A stretch of DNA of 63,283 bases, the filler included. It is 5 parts of 5 records of this genome, joined end to end, with 100 filler letters (N's around TTAATTAATTAA, not from the genome) between each part and the next. Parts side by side here need not be neighbours in the genome. Positions count along the whole stretch, not along the records: positions 28,659 to 39,013 come from SRR20825019_2693; positions 39,114 to 44,931 come from SRR20825019_2694; 3 more parts are not named here. The stretch is one strand, 5' to 3'. The notes under the pieces were generated by a model. It was not told the DNA's origin. It did not search any database and was given only the letters and a program-made list of their open reading frames with translations. Within the stretch, counting starts at the first letter, position 1. Each line of letters opens with the position of its first letter. This document shows positions 30,176 to 39,776 of the stretch, in pieces. Made by a program: the position numbers and the translations under genes.

Positions 30176-30245
30176 CCAATAGTTGGGGTGTTTGTGTGAT
30201 ACGCCCAAAGACCATCTGATCAATGACGCACGGAACCCGGCATTC

Positions 30246-31172
30246 ATGGCTATGACAGGTGAAAATCACCTCGCAAATCTGCCCGATACGGTGTCGGAGC
30301 AGGCGATCTATTGGTTTGCACTATTGCTTGATGGCAGTGAAACCGAAGAAGACCGTCGGGCATTCGCCCGCTGGGTCGAGGCTGATGCGGCGCATCTTGA
30401 GGCCTTTGGCGAGATAGAAAGGCTTTGGAGTGGCAGTACTAGCCTTAATCTTTCAACAGGCAATAAGGTCGGTCGACGTGCCTTTATGACGGGAACGGCG
30501 GCAGCGCTTGTCATCAGTGCGGGTTGGGCATTCTCCCCGCGTCACCCTTTTGCCGATATCCGGACTGTAACCGGCGAACGGCATAGTTTTTCCCTTCCCG
30601 GCGGTGTTGAGGCCGAACTGGCGAGCGATACCGTTATGTCCTACGCCGCGCGTGACGGGATAAACGGTGTCGAACTCCATAGCGGCGAAGCATGGTTCAA
30701 TCATTCGGCAACAGGTAACGCCTTTTTTGTTGCTGCTGCCCATGGCGCAAGCTGGTCGTGGGGCGGAAGGCTCGACGTGGCTGCTTATGATGGGGATGTC
30801 ACGGTAATCGCCGAACAAAATCCGTTGATTGTTCGTGTTGGCGGCGCGCAAACCCAAGTGGCTGCGGGAAATGCCGTGCGCTATCGAGATGTGCAAATCG
30901 GGCGGCCTTACGAGGTTGATCTTTCGGCAGAGCTGGCCTGGCGGAACGGTCAGCTCGTCTTTATGGGGAGGCCGCTCGGCGAAGTCGTTCGCGTTTTGCA
31001 GCGCTGGCAGAACGGCAAGATCATGATCATCGGCGAAGAACTCAAATCCCGCCCGGTAACCCTTGTGGTCGACCTTGAACGGTCAAAGGATGTTCTGCCG
31101 GTTCTGGCCCGTGTTCTATCGATCAATGTGCATCGGTTTACAGATTACCTGACCGTCATTCGCGCCGCCTGA
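30246..31172 (+). CDS. FecR/HasS-type anti-sigma transmembrane sensor
   Basis: EQAIYWF...FARWVEAD..HLEAF N-domain, RRAF + TM helix, TVTGE, AWRNGQLVF. Confidence 0.9.
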   Translation: MAMTGENHLANLPDTVSEQAIYWFALLLDGSETEEDRRAFARWVEADAAHLEAFGEIERLWSGSTSLNLSTGNKVGRRAFMTGTAAALVISAGWAFSPRHPFADIRTVTGERHSFSLPGGVEAELASDTVMSYAARDGINGVELHSGEAWFNHSATGNAFFVAAAHGASWSWGGRLDVAAYDGDVTVIAEQNPLIVRVGGAQTQVAAGNAVRYRDVQIGRPYEVDLSAELAWRNGQLVFMGRPLGEVVRVLQRWQNGKIMIIGEELKSRPVTLVVDLERSKDVLPVLARVLSINVHRFTDYLTVIRAA

Positions 31173-31269
31173 CCCTCTCAAATTCCAAAATCACCAATCG
31201 ATATGATCCTTCGGATCGGTCAGAGTATTTTCATAATAAAAATTATTATCAAAAAAATGCAATGAATAT

Positions 31270-31294
31270 CAGATATCTGAATTTCAGCCTCGTC
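31270..31294 (+). promoter_or_regulatory. Putative ECF-sigma promoter, copy 2, followed by Fur-like ATGAGACGCAATCTCAT (31317-31333)
   Basis: CAGATATCTGAATTTCAGCCTCGTC upstream of the receptor gene. Confidence 0.55.
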
Positions 31295-31345
31295 TAACTG
31301 AGTAACGAAATAAAGAATGAGACGCAATCTCATAGGTATGCATTC

Positions 31346-34093
31346 GTGACTCAGGAGACAAAAAGAATGCTCTCGAACGGGGTGGGTCGCATTGTCGACA
31401 CCAACAAAATAATTCGTAAATCCAGTACACCTATTGGGGGTGTTCGCACAATTGCCCTGACAGCCGTTGGCAGTGGCATGATTGCTTTGATGCCGCTTGC
31501 CGTGGAGGCTCAAACCCGGGGCGCAGAAATATTGCAACAGGCTAACAAGGCTGAAATTGCGCAGGTCGCTGAAGAGGACGTGACCTTGTCAAATGATATG
31601 CTCTCATTTGACATATCCGCACAACCGCTTGCCATGGCATTGGTCGATTTTTCGCGTGTATCAGGGATTGATGTTGCCGTGGACGGGACATTGCCCGACG
31701 GTACACAAAGCGTTGCCGTACAGGGGAATATGACGGCTGGCGCAGCCCTTGATCGCATGTTGTCGCAAAGCGGTTTGATCTGGAATGCCGTCCATCCGAC
31801 AACCATTTCCATCATTGATCCTGTATGGGGAGATGCCGGGAACGCCTCAATCATAACCGTTCCGGTCACCGTAACGGCGACTGAAAGGACGCTTGGTCCT
31901 AATGGGGTACCGGACAAAGTGTATGAAACGCCGGGCTCGGTAGCGGTAATTACCCAGGAAAGTATGCGCAAGTCGCCCGTACGCGAAGCGCGCGAGATTT
32001 TCAACAATGTTGCCGGTGTGGATATTTCCAATGACGCGCGTGACCCCGGTTTGACAGTCAACGTTCGCGGTCAGCAGGAAATGGGGCGTGTGAACGTCAA
32101 TATCGACGGCGCGCGTCAGAACTATAATCAGATGACACATGGCACATCTTCTCGTGTGTATCTGGACCCTGCTTTGTTGGCAGAAGTGGAGATCGAGAAA
32201 TCCAATCTCAACCAGAATGGTGGTGCCGGATCTTCTGCAGGTATCGTCACAATGCGTACCCTCAATACACAAGACATTCTGGATGATGGCGAAAAATGGG
32301 GCGGCAAGGTGAATGTCAGCCACGGCACGAATGAGTACGAATTTGCGGGCGATGCTGCTGCAGGTGTTAGGCTTGCGCCAAGGTTTGACATCTCAGCTGC
32401 GGTAAGCCGGAAGGTCATTGGTGACTATAGTCCGGGGAAACGCAATCCAGCCCTGTTTACTAGCGGAAATGGCACTTACTACGATGTATACAGTTCGCGA
32501 CCGGACTACACTTTCCTTCGCCAGACATCCGGTTTGGTGAAAGCCAATGTCCACCTGACAGATGATCAGGAACTGAATCTTGGGTATGTTGGCTCAAAAA
32601 GCAATTACACCAAAACCAACGACGTCACGAATACAAGGCCGGATCTGAACGAAACCAAAACCCATACCCTAACCGCCAAGCACAACTGGAATCCGTCGAC
32701 TGATTTGGTCGATCTGGATACGCACGTTTATTGGACCCGAACAGAGAGTAGCCAGTACAGGCCAACCAGATTTAACACCAGTGGATCAGTTAGCCAAAAC
32801 CCCTACGACACGGACTATACGCTTGATACGGCAGGGCTTGATTTGGCCAACAGTAGCAAGTTCGAGCTATATTCAGTGGGTGATGGCCTGAGCAAGGTTA
32901 GCTTTGACTATGGTACCGAGTTCTTTCACGACCGGGCAAAGACAACCTCTGAGGTCGAGGACCTTGGAGGATCAGGTTCTGCCTATCAGGCAGAAGGAAC
33001 AACCCCATCCGGGGAGCGTGATGTCTATGGTGGGCATGTAACGGCGACGTATGGCTGGAACGACGTGTTTCAAATCAGTGGTGGTTTTCGCTACGACCGT
33101 TACGAATTGACAGGTGACTCGTATTGGTGTGAAGCGTTACCCGGCGGTTTTACATCACAGCAGTGCGGGAGCGGCAATGACGTACCTTTGGACGTTGATT
33201 TGTCGGAGGACCGGGTTTCGCCATCTTTTGGTGCAAGCGTGACGCCATTCCCCGGTCTGCAACTCTTTGCCAATTACCGCGAAAACCTGCGGGCGCCGAC
33301 AGTTATGGAAGCCATGTTCAAGGGGATGCATATCGGTGATCAGCCGGTCACCTATTTTTCGAACGCCAATCTCAAGGCTGAGGAAGTTGAAACCAAAGAA
33401 GTTGGTGTCAACTTCATGTTCGACAACGTCATAAAGCAGGGCGACGGATTCAGAGCCAAACTGTCCTACTACCGTTCAACAATCGACAATTATACGACTG
33501 TTGGTTTTGTGCCTTTGCCGTCACTGCCGTCAGTGAACTGGCCATCGGTTGGGGCGGGCATGGTCAACCTTAGTGACCCTGTCTATATGACCGGTACGGA
33601 GCTTGAGGCCTTCTATGATGCTGGTGAGTACTATTTTGGCGGTACGTTGACGACATCGGACATTGATCTGATCGGGAATTATAATCAGTTCATTCTTGAT
33701 ACCACCTATTCTACTGCAGCGCAGAACGCAGCTACTTACGGTACAGTTGGCGGATTGTTTGGCATTTATGCGCCGCCCAAACGCAAATACACGCTTGACG
33801 GCGGGTTCCGTCTTTTCGATCAGGATCTTGTCTTGGGAATGCGGGCGACATTCGTTTATCCGGAAGAAAACTATGGTTCCCAGGTCGGGTCGGTAAGTCT
33901 CTCGACCGTTGGTGGCGAATATTACAAGTACCGCGTATTCGACTTTTACAGTTCCTATGACATCAACGATGCCGTGAAACTGCGGTTCGCCGTCAATAAC
34001 CTTTTCGATGAGGGATATGTCCAAGGAAGCGGGGGAACGTATGCCCCGGCACCGGGACGTACCGCGATCATAAGTCTCAGCGGCAACTTCTAG
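31346..34093 (+). CDS. TonB-dependent heme/hemophore receptor with N-terminal signalling (STN) domain, HasR-like
   Basis: FDISAQPLAMAL STN domain, plug GRVNVNIDGARQ, LRAP...H...NANL heme-receptor motif, C-terminal Phe. Confidence 0.88.
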   Translation: MTQETKRMLSNGVGRIVDTNKIIRKSSTPIGGVRTIALTAVGSGMIALMPLAVEAQTRGAEILQQANKAEIAQVAEEDVTLSNDMLSFDISAQPLAMALVDFSRVSGIDVAVDGTLPDGTQSVAVQGNMTAGAALDRMLSQSGLIWNAVHPTTISIIDPVWGDAGNASIITVPVTVTATERTLGPNGVPDKVYETPGSVAVITQESMRKSPVREAREIFNNVAGVDISNDARDPGLTVNVRGQQEMGRVNVNIDGARQNYNQMTHGTSSRVYLDPALLAEVEIEKSNLNQNGGAGSSAGIVTMRTLNTQDILDDGEKWGGKVNVSHGTNEYEFAGDAAAGVRLAPRFDISAAVSRKVIGDYSPGKRNPALFTSGNGTYYDVYSSRPDYTFLRQTSGLVKANVHLTDDQELNLGYVGSKSNYTKTNDVTNTRPDLNETKTHTLTAKHNWNPSTDLVDLDTHVYWTRTESSQYRPTRFNTSGSVSQNPYDTDYTLDTAGLDLANSSKFELYSVGDGLSKVSFDYGTEFFHDRAKTTSEVEDLGGSGSAYQAEGTTPSGERDVYGGHVTATYGWNDVFQISGGFRYDRYELTGDSYWCEALPGGFTSQQCGSGNDVPLDVDLSEDRVSPSFGASVTPFPGLQLFANYRENLRAPTVMEAMFKGMHIGDQPVTYFSNANLKAEEVETKEVGVNFMFDNVIKQGDGFRAKLSYYRSTIDNYTTVGFVPLPSLPSVNWPSVGAGMVNLSDPVYMTGTELEAFYDAGEYYFGGTLTTSDIDLIGNYNQFILDTTYSTAAQNAATYGTVGGLFGIYAPPKRKYTLDGGFRLFDQDLVLGMRATFVYPEENYGSQVGSVSLSTVGGEYYKYRVFDFYSSYDINDAVKLRFAVNNLFDEGYVQGSGGTYAPAPGRTAIISLSGNF

Positions 34094-34120
34094 ACTGCTT
34101 AAAAGGAAAAATGCCAATCA

Positions 34121-34145
34121 CCGGTCAGGTCATCGACCTGACCGG
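34121..34145 (+). terminator. Stem-loop after the receptor gene
   Basis: CCGGTCAGGTC-ATC-GACCTGACCGG, perfect 11-bp stem. Confidence 0.65.
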
Positions 34146-34204
34146 ATAGGTCTGTCTTTCTTTCAATTAAGTATTTGATTTTAAACATTATTTTGTTGAC
34201 TCAT

Positions 34205-34223
34205 GATGATAATAATAGTCATC
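34205..34223. promoter_or_regulatory. Fur-box-like site upstream of the hemophore gene
   Basis: GATGATAATAATAGTCATC, just downstream of a TTGACT -35-like hexamer (34196-34201). Confidence 0.65.
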
Positions 34224-34275
34224 CTCATCATGTTGCTCCAATGGTTGGGGCGGAAACAAACCAGGAGATGTCTAA

Positions 34276-35004
34276 ATGACTATTACAATTGATCTGAACG
34301 CAGATGGTTCCGGAAACGGTGTTGATCTGCATGGTCTGTTGGAAGATTTCGACGCCAACTTTTCCAAGGGATTGTTCAACTACGGCGAGTTTCTGAATGG
34401 TGGGCTCTTTGACGGTCCGCAATACTATCTCAGCGATGAAGACAGTTCATCAAGCTACACCGATGGCTTCCTTGCAACGACCGGTGGTGGAGATGACTTC
34501 ACCTATGACATCAGCACCCATCAGATTGTCGGAAATCTTGATCAGCTTTCATTCGGGGAAACGTTGGTTCAGGATTCTAGCGGCGACTACAATCTTAGCG
34601 ACTCGTCGGTCGATATTTCTGGCCTTGACCTCAGCAGCAGCAAGACTGGTATGGTCCTGACCGCGCTTTTTGGTGGTGACAGTTCAGAATTGCAGTCTGT
34701 TTTTGCCTCCGAAGGTGTCGAAATCAACGGCAGTTCCGGCGCGGATGTGATCGGCGGTTTTGCAGGTGACGACGTCCTGACTGGCAATGGCGGGGCAGAC
34801 ACTTTCGAGTTCGATACTTCGGCATCGTTCGGTGATGACACCGTTACCGACTTCACCGATGGCACCGATCTTCTCGATATCGATTACAACTCGGTCACGA
34901 TTGGAGATGATGGTGCTGGCAATGCGCTCATTACCCATGCCAACGGCACCATCACCCTGACTGGTGTTGACTTCAACGACCTTGACGCAAGCGACTTCGT
35001 TTAA
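34276..35004 (+). CDS. HasA-like hemophore fused to a C-terminal RTX Ca-binding / T1SS secretion module
   Basis: GPQY, FTYDISTHQIVGNLDQLSFGETL resembles HasA LTYTL..HTLYGQLDSLSFGDGL; GFAGDDVLTGNGGADTF and GDDTVTDF RTX tail; AGGAG RBS. Confidence 0.75.
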   Translation: MTITIDLNADGSGNGVDLHGLLEDFDANFSKGLFNYGEFLNGGLFDGPQYYLSDEDSSSSYTDGFLATTGGGDDFTYDISTHQIVGNLDQLSFGETLVQDSSGDYNLSDSSVDISGLDLSSSKTGMVLTALFGGDSSELQSVFASEGVEINGSSGADVIGGFAGDDVLTGNGGADTFEFDTSASFGDDTVTDFTDGTDLLDIDYNSVTIGDDGAGNALITHANGTITLTGVDFNDLDASDFV

Positions 35005-35120
35005 CGAAGACGGCCCGCTCCGCAGGCGGCGGAACGGGCACAAGGTCTTTGATTGCAGGGCACCGCGGAACAGCGGTGCCCACCCCATCCTATCTTTTTC
35101 TTTTCCGGAATGGAAACAGC

Positions 35121-36869
35121 GTGTTCGAACAGGTCCATTCGCAACATTTGTCCAAATCGTCCGTATTCTCGCCGTTGACGGCCGCCATTCGATCCGTGCG
35201 CGGAGCGTTCCTGTCGGTCGCGGCGTTAAGCGGCGTGTCAAATATCCTGATGCTGACCGGGCCGCTTTTCATGCTGCAGGTTTATGATCGGGTTCTGGCG
35301 AGCCGCAGTGTGCCGACGCTGGTCGCGCTCGTTGTTCTGATGCTGGCGCTATATCTGTTTCTGGGAACTGTCGATGCGCTTCGCGCGCGGATGCTGGTGC
35401 GGATTGGCTGGCGGGTGGATGAGCAAGTTGTGCCGATGGCACTGGCAACTACCCTCGATCAGGCGCTGCGAAATGATAATGCAACCTTAAGGCCGCTCAA
35501 CGATCTTGATCAAATCCGACAGTTTCTGAGTGGTGCGGGTCCTATTGCGATTTGCGATATGCCTTGGATGCCGCTGTTTCTGGGGATCGTTTTTGCTTTT
35601 CATCCCTGGCTTGGTTTTCTTGCCCTTATTGGCGGTATGATTCTGGTGATTTTGACATTGATCAGCGAGCTTGCCACCCGTCGCCAGGTTGAACGGATGA
35701 ACTGCCAAGCCGTTTCACGTGCAAATCTTGTCGAAGCTGGGCGTCGAAATGCCGAAGCCATTCGTGCGATGGGTATGCTGGCGAGTTTCACGGACTATTG
35801 GGCACGTCTGAATCACAGGTACTTACGCGACAATACCAGTGTCGGTGACATCAATTCGACCTTCTCGGCCTATATCAAGGTCATTCGCCTTGCGATGCAG
35901 TCCGGCGTTCTGGCACTTGGCGCCTATCTGGCGATCCTGCAGGAAGTCACACCGGGTGTGATGGTTGCCGCCTCAATCCTGACAGCGCGGGCATTATCCC
36001 CGGTCGAACAGGCGATTGGCAACTGGCGCGGATTTGTTGGTGCCCGTCAATCGCGCCAACGTCTTGAACGCTGCTTTGCCGACACACAAAAAACGTCTGA
36101 ACGCCTCGAGCTGCCTGCCCCGCAACAAAGCCTGCATGTTTCCAATCTGATCGTTCGGGCCTCTGCAAAGCGGGTGGAAGGAAAGCTGGCCGCACCGGGG
36201 CGCGTATTGCTGCGCATCAACGACGTGTTCCTGAAAGCAGGCGACGGGCTTGGCATTATTGGGCCAAGCGGATCGGGGAAATCGACATTCGGTCGCGCAC
36301 TGGTCGGGATTGGTGCGATCCAGAATGGCACCATCCGCCTGGATGGGGCGGAGCTTGATCACTGGGAGCCGGATCGGCTGGGGGCGCATGTCGGTTATTT
36401 GCCGCAGGACGTCGATCTGTTTGACGATACTGTTGCCCGCAATATTGCGAGGCTACGTAGCGATGTGGACTCTGCGGCAATCGTTAAGGCCGCGCAAATG
36501 GCCGGGGTGCATGACATGGTCCTGTCTCTGCCCAAGGGATATGACACGCTGATCGGAAGTGGCGGGCTTATTTTGTCGGGTGGGCAGCGCCAACGGATCG
36601 GGCTGGCGCGTGCCCTGTTTGGTGATCCGTTCCTGATTGTCCTTGATGAACCCAATTCCAGTCTCGACAGTGCCGGGGAACAGGCCCTGATCGAAGCGGT
36701 CCGTCTGGCCCGGCAACGCGGGGCGATTGTTGTCATGATTGCCCATCGCCCCGGCGCACTGGCAACGGTCAATCTGGCGATGGTTATTCAGGATGGACGC
36801 CAGATTGCCTTTGGTGCGCGTGACGACATTCTGCGCAAAACCATGCGCCAGGTCGGAGAAAGCGCATGA
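35121..36869 (+). CDS. Type I secretion ABC permease/ATPase (PrtD/HasD family)
   Basis: MLQVYDRVL, GPSGSGKST, LSGGQRQRIGLARA, LDEPNSSLD. Confidence 0.93.
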   Translation: MFEQVHSQHLSKSSVFSPLTAAIRSVRGAFLSVAALSGVSNILMLTGPLFMLQVYDRVLASRSVPTLVALVVLMLALYLFLGTVDALRARMLVRIGWRVDEQVVPMALATTLDQALRNDNATLRPLNDLDQIRQFLSGAGPIAICDMPWMPLFLGIVFAFHPWLGFLALIGGMILVILTLISELATRRQVERMNCQAVSRANLVEAGRRNAEAIRAMGMLASFTDYWARLNHRYLRDNTSVGDINSTFSAYIKVIRLAMQSGVLALGAYLAILQEVTPGVMVAASILTARALSPVEQAIGNWRGFVGARQSRQRLERCFADTQKTSERLELPAPQQSLHVSNLIVRASAKRVEGKLAAPGRVLLRINDVFLKAGDGLGIIGPSGSGKSTFGRALVGIGAIQNGTIRLDGAELDHWEPDRLGAHVGYLPQDVDLFDDTVARNIARLRSDVDSAAIVKAAQMAGVHDMVLSLPKGYDTLIGSGGLILSGGQRQRIGLARALFGDPFLIVLDEPNSSLDSAGEQALIEAVRLARQRGAIVVMIAHRPGALATVNLAMVIQDGRQIAFGARDDILRKTMRQVGESA

Positions 36870-38203
36870 GCCGAAAAAAGTCGCACACGTCGTCAAAAAC
36901 TCCATTCGTCAGCCCCGCAATGCATAGTTTGCGTCGACATACCCTGTTTGGCGTATCCGTGATGCTGGCATTGTTTGCTGGTCTGGGAAGCTGGATGGCG
37001 TTGGCCAATCTTTCCGGGGCGGTGGTTGCCACCGGCAAACTGGTGGTCGAAAGCAATGTCAAGGATGTGCAGCACCCTGACGGAGGCATTATTGGTGAAA
37101 TCCACGTGCGTGACGGGGATCGGGTGCAGGCCGGTGATCTTCTGATCCGGCTGGACGATACGATGGCACGCGCAAGCCTTGGCATTGTCGATAGCCAGAT
37201 CGATGCCTTGCGGGCGCGCAAAATGCGTCTGGTTGCTGAACGGAACGAAGCGAAAATCGTTGCCGTGCCCGATTTGTTCGCGGCCCGTATGCAGGACCTG
37301 GCAATCGTTGAGCTGGTTGCGGCCGAGACAAAACTATTCGAAGCAAGGCGTAAAAGTCTGGAGGGTGAAAAGGCCCAGCTTGAGCAAAAACTGTTGCAGC
37401 TTTCGGAGACGATCATCGGGCTTGAGGCCCAGAAAGCTGCCAATGAAGAAGAAAGCCGCCATATTCGCGATGAACTTGACGGGCTTGAAATGCTTTACAA
37501 AAAGCAGCTTGTACCGATTACCCGTGTTGCGGCATTGCGTCGTGAACGCGCCAGTCTGAGGGGCAAACACGGGGAGTTGACGGCACAGATTGCCGCGACC
37601 GGCATGCAAATCTCGGAAACAGAAATGTCGATCCTGCAGCTTGACCGGAACCGCCAAACCGAAGTCCTGACGGAACTGGGTGACATTGATCAACAATTGG
37701 CTGAATTGATGCAAAAGCAGGTTGCGTTGCGCGATCAACTGCGTCGTGTCGACATCCGTGCCCCCTATGACGGGACGGTCTATCAGATGACGGTACATAC
37801 GATTGGCGGCGTGGTTGCGGGCGGGGACCGGATCATGGGGATTGTGCCTGATCAGGATGAGCTGGTGATCGAAGCCCGAACCAACCCGCGCGATATTGAC
37901 CAGGTCCATCCAGGGCAAAAGGCGATGCTGCGTTTTACTGCCTTTAATCAGCGCACAACGCCGGAACTTTCCGGGACGGTGTCCTTTGTGGCAGCGGACC
38001 TGTCACGCGATGAACTGACAGGCGAAACCTACTATAATGTCCGGGTGAAAATTGCCGGTGGCGAGATGGAAAAACTTGATGGGCAAGGTCTGATGCCCGG
38101 CATGCCGGTTGAAACCTTTATCGCAACGGGGGATCGCACCGCACTTAGCTATCTTGCCAAACCGCTTACCGATCAGTTTGCCCGCGCGTTCCGCGAAGAA
38201 TAA
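36866..38203 (+). CDS. Type I secretion membrane fusion protein (PrtE/HasE, HlyD family)
   Basis: VQHPDGG, IRAPYDG, HTIGGVV, LMPGMPVE, LSYLAKPL; overlaps the ABC stop. Confidence 0.93.
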   Translation: MSRKKSHTSSKTPFVSPAMHSLRRHTLFGVSVMLALFAGLGSWMALANLSGAVVATGKLVVESNVKDVQHPDGGIIGEIHVRDGDRVQAGDLLIRLDDTMARASLGIVDSQIDALRARKMRLVAERNEAKIVAVPDLFAARMQDLAIVELVAAETKLFEARRKSLEGEKAQLEQKLLQLSETIIGLEAQKAANEEESRHIRDELDGLEMLYKKQLVPITRVAALRRERASLRGKHGELTAQIAATGMQISETEMSILQLDRNRQTEVLTELGDIDQQLAELMQKQVALRDQLRRVDIRAPYDGTVYQMTVHTIGGVVAGGDRIMGIVPDQDELVIEARTNPRDIDQVHPGQKAMLRFTAFNQRTTPELSGTVSFVAADLSRDELTGETYYNVRVKIAGGEMEKLDGQGLMPGMPVETFIATGDRTALSYLAKPLTDQFARAFREE

Positions 38204-38303
38204 TTTTTCACCGGTTTCGGATATCGAACGCCCCGAATCGTTTCTGGTTTAAAGGGCTGCGAATTCATGCGGCATTTGCGGACAGGGACGAAAGGTAATC
38301 GGG

Positions 38304-38906
38304 ATGACTTTGGATATAACAGCAGACGGTGTGATAAAAAACCGCCTTCAGAACCTCAAACAGGCAACAACCGGCGACCATCAGCACATCGATGACATGG
38401 TGATGGAAATGGCACCGTTTGAAAGCCGCGATAACTACGCCCGGTTTGTCGGGATGCAGTATGTGTTTCACCGCGCTGTAAAACCGCTTTATGACGCCAG
38501 TGACCTGAACGACCTGATACCCGGGCTTTCGACGCGCAGTCGGTTCGATCATGTCTGTGCAGATCTTGCAGACCTGCAATGCAGCCTACCTGAAAATACC
38601 AAACCATTTCCTGTTCCCCAAACCGGAATGGGTCGTCTGGGATGGTTATATGTTTGTGAAGGTTCGTCGCTTGGGGCGGCATTTTTGCTGAAAGCAGCCG
38701 GAAATATCGGGCTGAATGCCGAGTTTGGTGCCCGTCACCTGGTTGGGCACGAAGACGGTCGCGGCAAGCATTGGCGCGAATTTGTTGATCAGGTCAATGG
38801 CTTGGCTTTAAGCGCTAAACAAGAACAGGAAGTGATTGATGGTGCTATTGCTGCCTTTGACTTTTTCCGAACCCTTTTGATCGAAGATCGCAAGCTTGCC
38901 GCATAG
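38304..38906 (+). CDS. Biliverdin-producing heme oxygenase (HemO/PigA/BphO-like)
   Basis: LKQATTGDH proximal His; GWLYVCEGSSLGA signature. Confidence 0.9.
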   Translation: MTLDITADGVIKNRLQNLKQATTGDHQHIDDMVMEMAPFESRDNYARFVGMQYVFHRAVKPLYDASDLNDLIPGLSTRSRFDHVCADLADLQCSLPENTKPFPVPQTGMGRLGWLYVCEGSSLGAAFLLKAAGNIGLNAEFGARHLVGHEDGRGKHWREFVDQVNGLALSAKQEQEVIDGAIAAFDFFRTLLIEDRKLAA

Positions 38907-39013
38907 GCGCAAATCCCTTGGTTGAAAGGCTTGCAGAGACAGGATCGTGACTTGATTTCTGGCAAAGTCGGCTGTATAAAGCCGCCAAGCTTTTTGTAAA
39001 TTCTGACAAAGAG

Positions 39014-39113
39014 NNNNNNNNNNNNNNNNNNNNNNNNNNNNNNNNNNNNNNNNNNNNTTAATTAATTAANNNNNNNNNNNNNNNNNNNNNNNNNNNNNNN
39101 NNNNNNNNNNNNN
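39014..39113. other. Artificial contig linker
   Basis: 44 N + TTAATTAATTAA + 44 N. Confidence 0.98.
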
Positions 39114-39114
39114 C

Positions 39115-39576
39115 ATCCGCATGATGGTTGGCATGGATATGCTACAGGAAATCGATGGCGAAATACAGACCATCATTGAACAGCATGCCGACGAAGAAGA
39201 TGAATTGCGTGATCCGACAGATTACTGGGATCACCTCGCCGAAGAGCCACAGGTCGCCAACCGGCTTAATCTGGTCTTCTCGCGCATGGCCCTGCATTTC
39301 AAGGATTACGAGCGGCGTAAAAACTGGATGATCCAGTTGGTCAATGACAACATGCCGCATGGCGATCATGCATGGACCTTTACCGAGGAACATTGTGTGC
39401 GATTGCTGCGCGCCCTGTTCCGCGATGTACGTTCCGCCCTGTCCAAGCCGGAACGTTCGGCCGAACTGGTTGCCAAGCTTGGCAGCGAGAATGTCGAGAC
39501 GCTACGCAATGTCATGGCATCGCTTGATCGCGACGTCGCGACCCTCCACATCCGCGAAGCCGAAAACTGGGAATAG
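39115..39576 (+). CDS. Hypothetical protein, 5' truncated
   Basis: Open frame from the contig start; followed by an ACCGCGG/CCGCGGT-TTTT hairpin (39615-39642). Confidence 0.6.
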   Translation: MRMMVGMDMLQEIDGEIQTIIEQHADEEDELRDPTDYWDHLAEEPQVANRLNLVFSRMALHFKDYERRKNWMIQLVNDNMPHGDHAWTFTEEHCVRLLRALFRDVRSALSKPERSAELVAKLGSENVETLRNVMASLDRDVATLHIREAENWE

Positions 39577-39776
39577 GCATTCGATAATTCCTGAATTTCC
39601 TGACAGATAGAAACACCGCGGCGGATATTTCCCGCGGTTTTTCTGATGTCATCTGACGGAAAGGTGATGATTTCATCACAAATCGGGGTGGCCAAATCAA
39701 TCCCCCCTGTGCCAAAGTCGAACTTGCGCACTACATAGCGTTTCCAGACCAATAAACAGAAACAAGCGCCGCCGCC

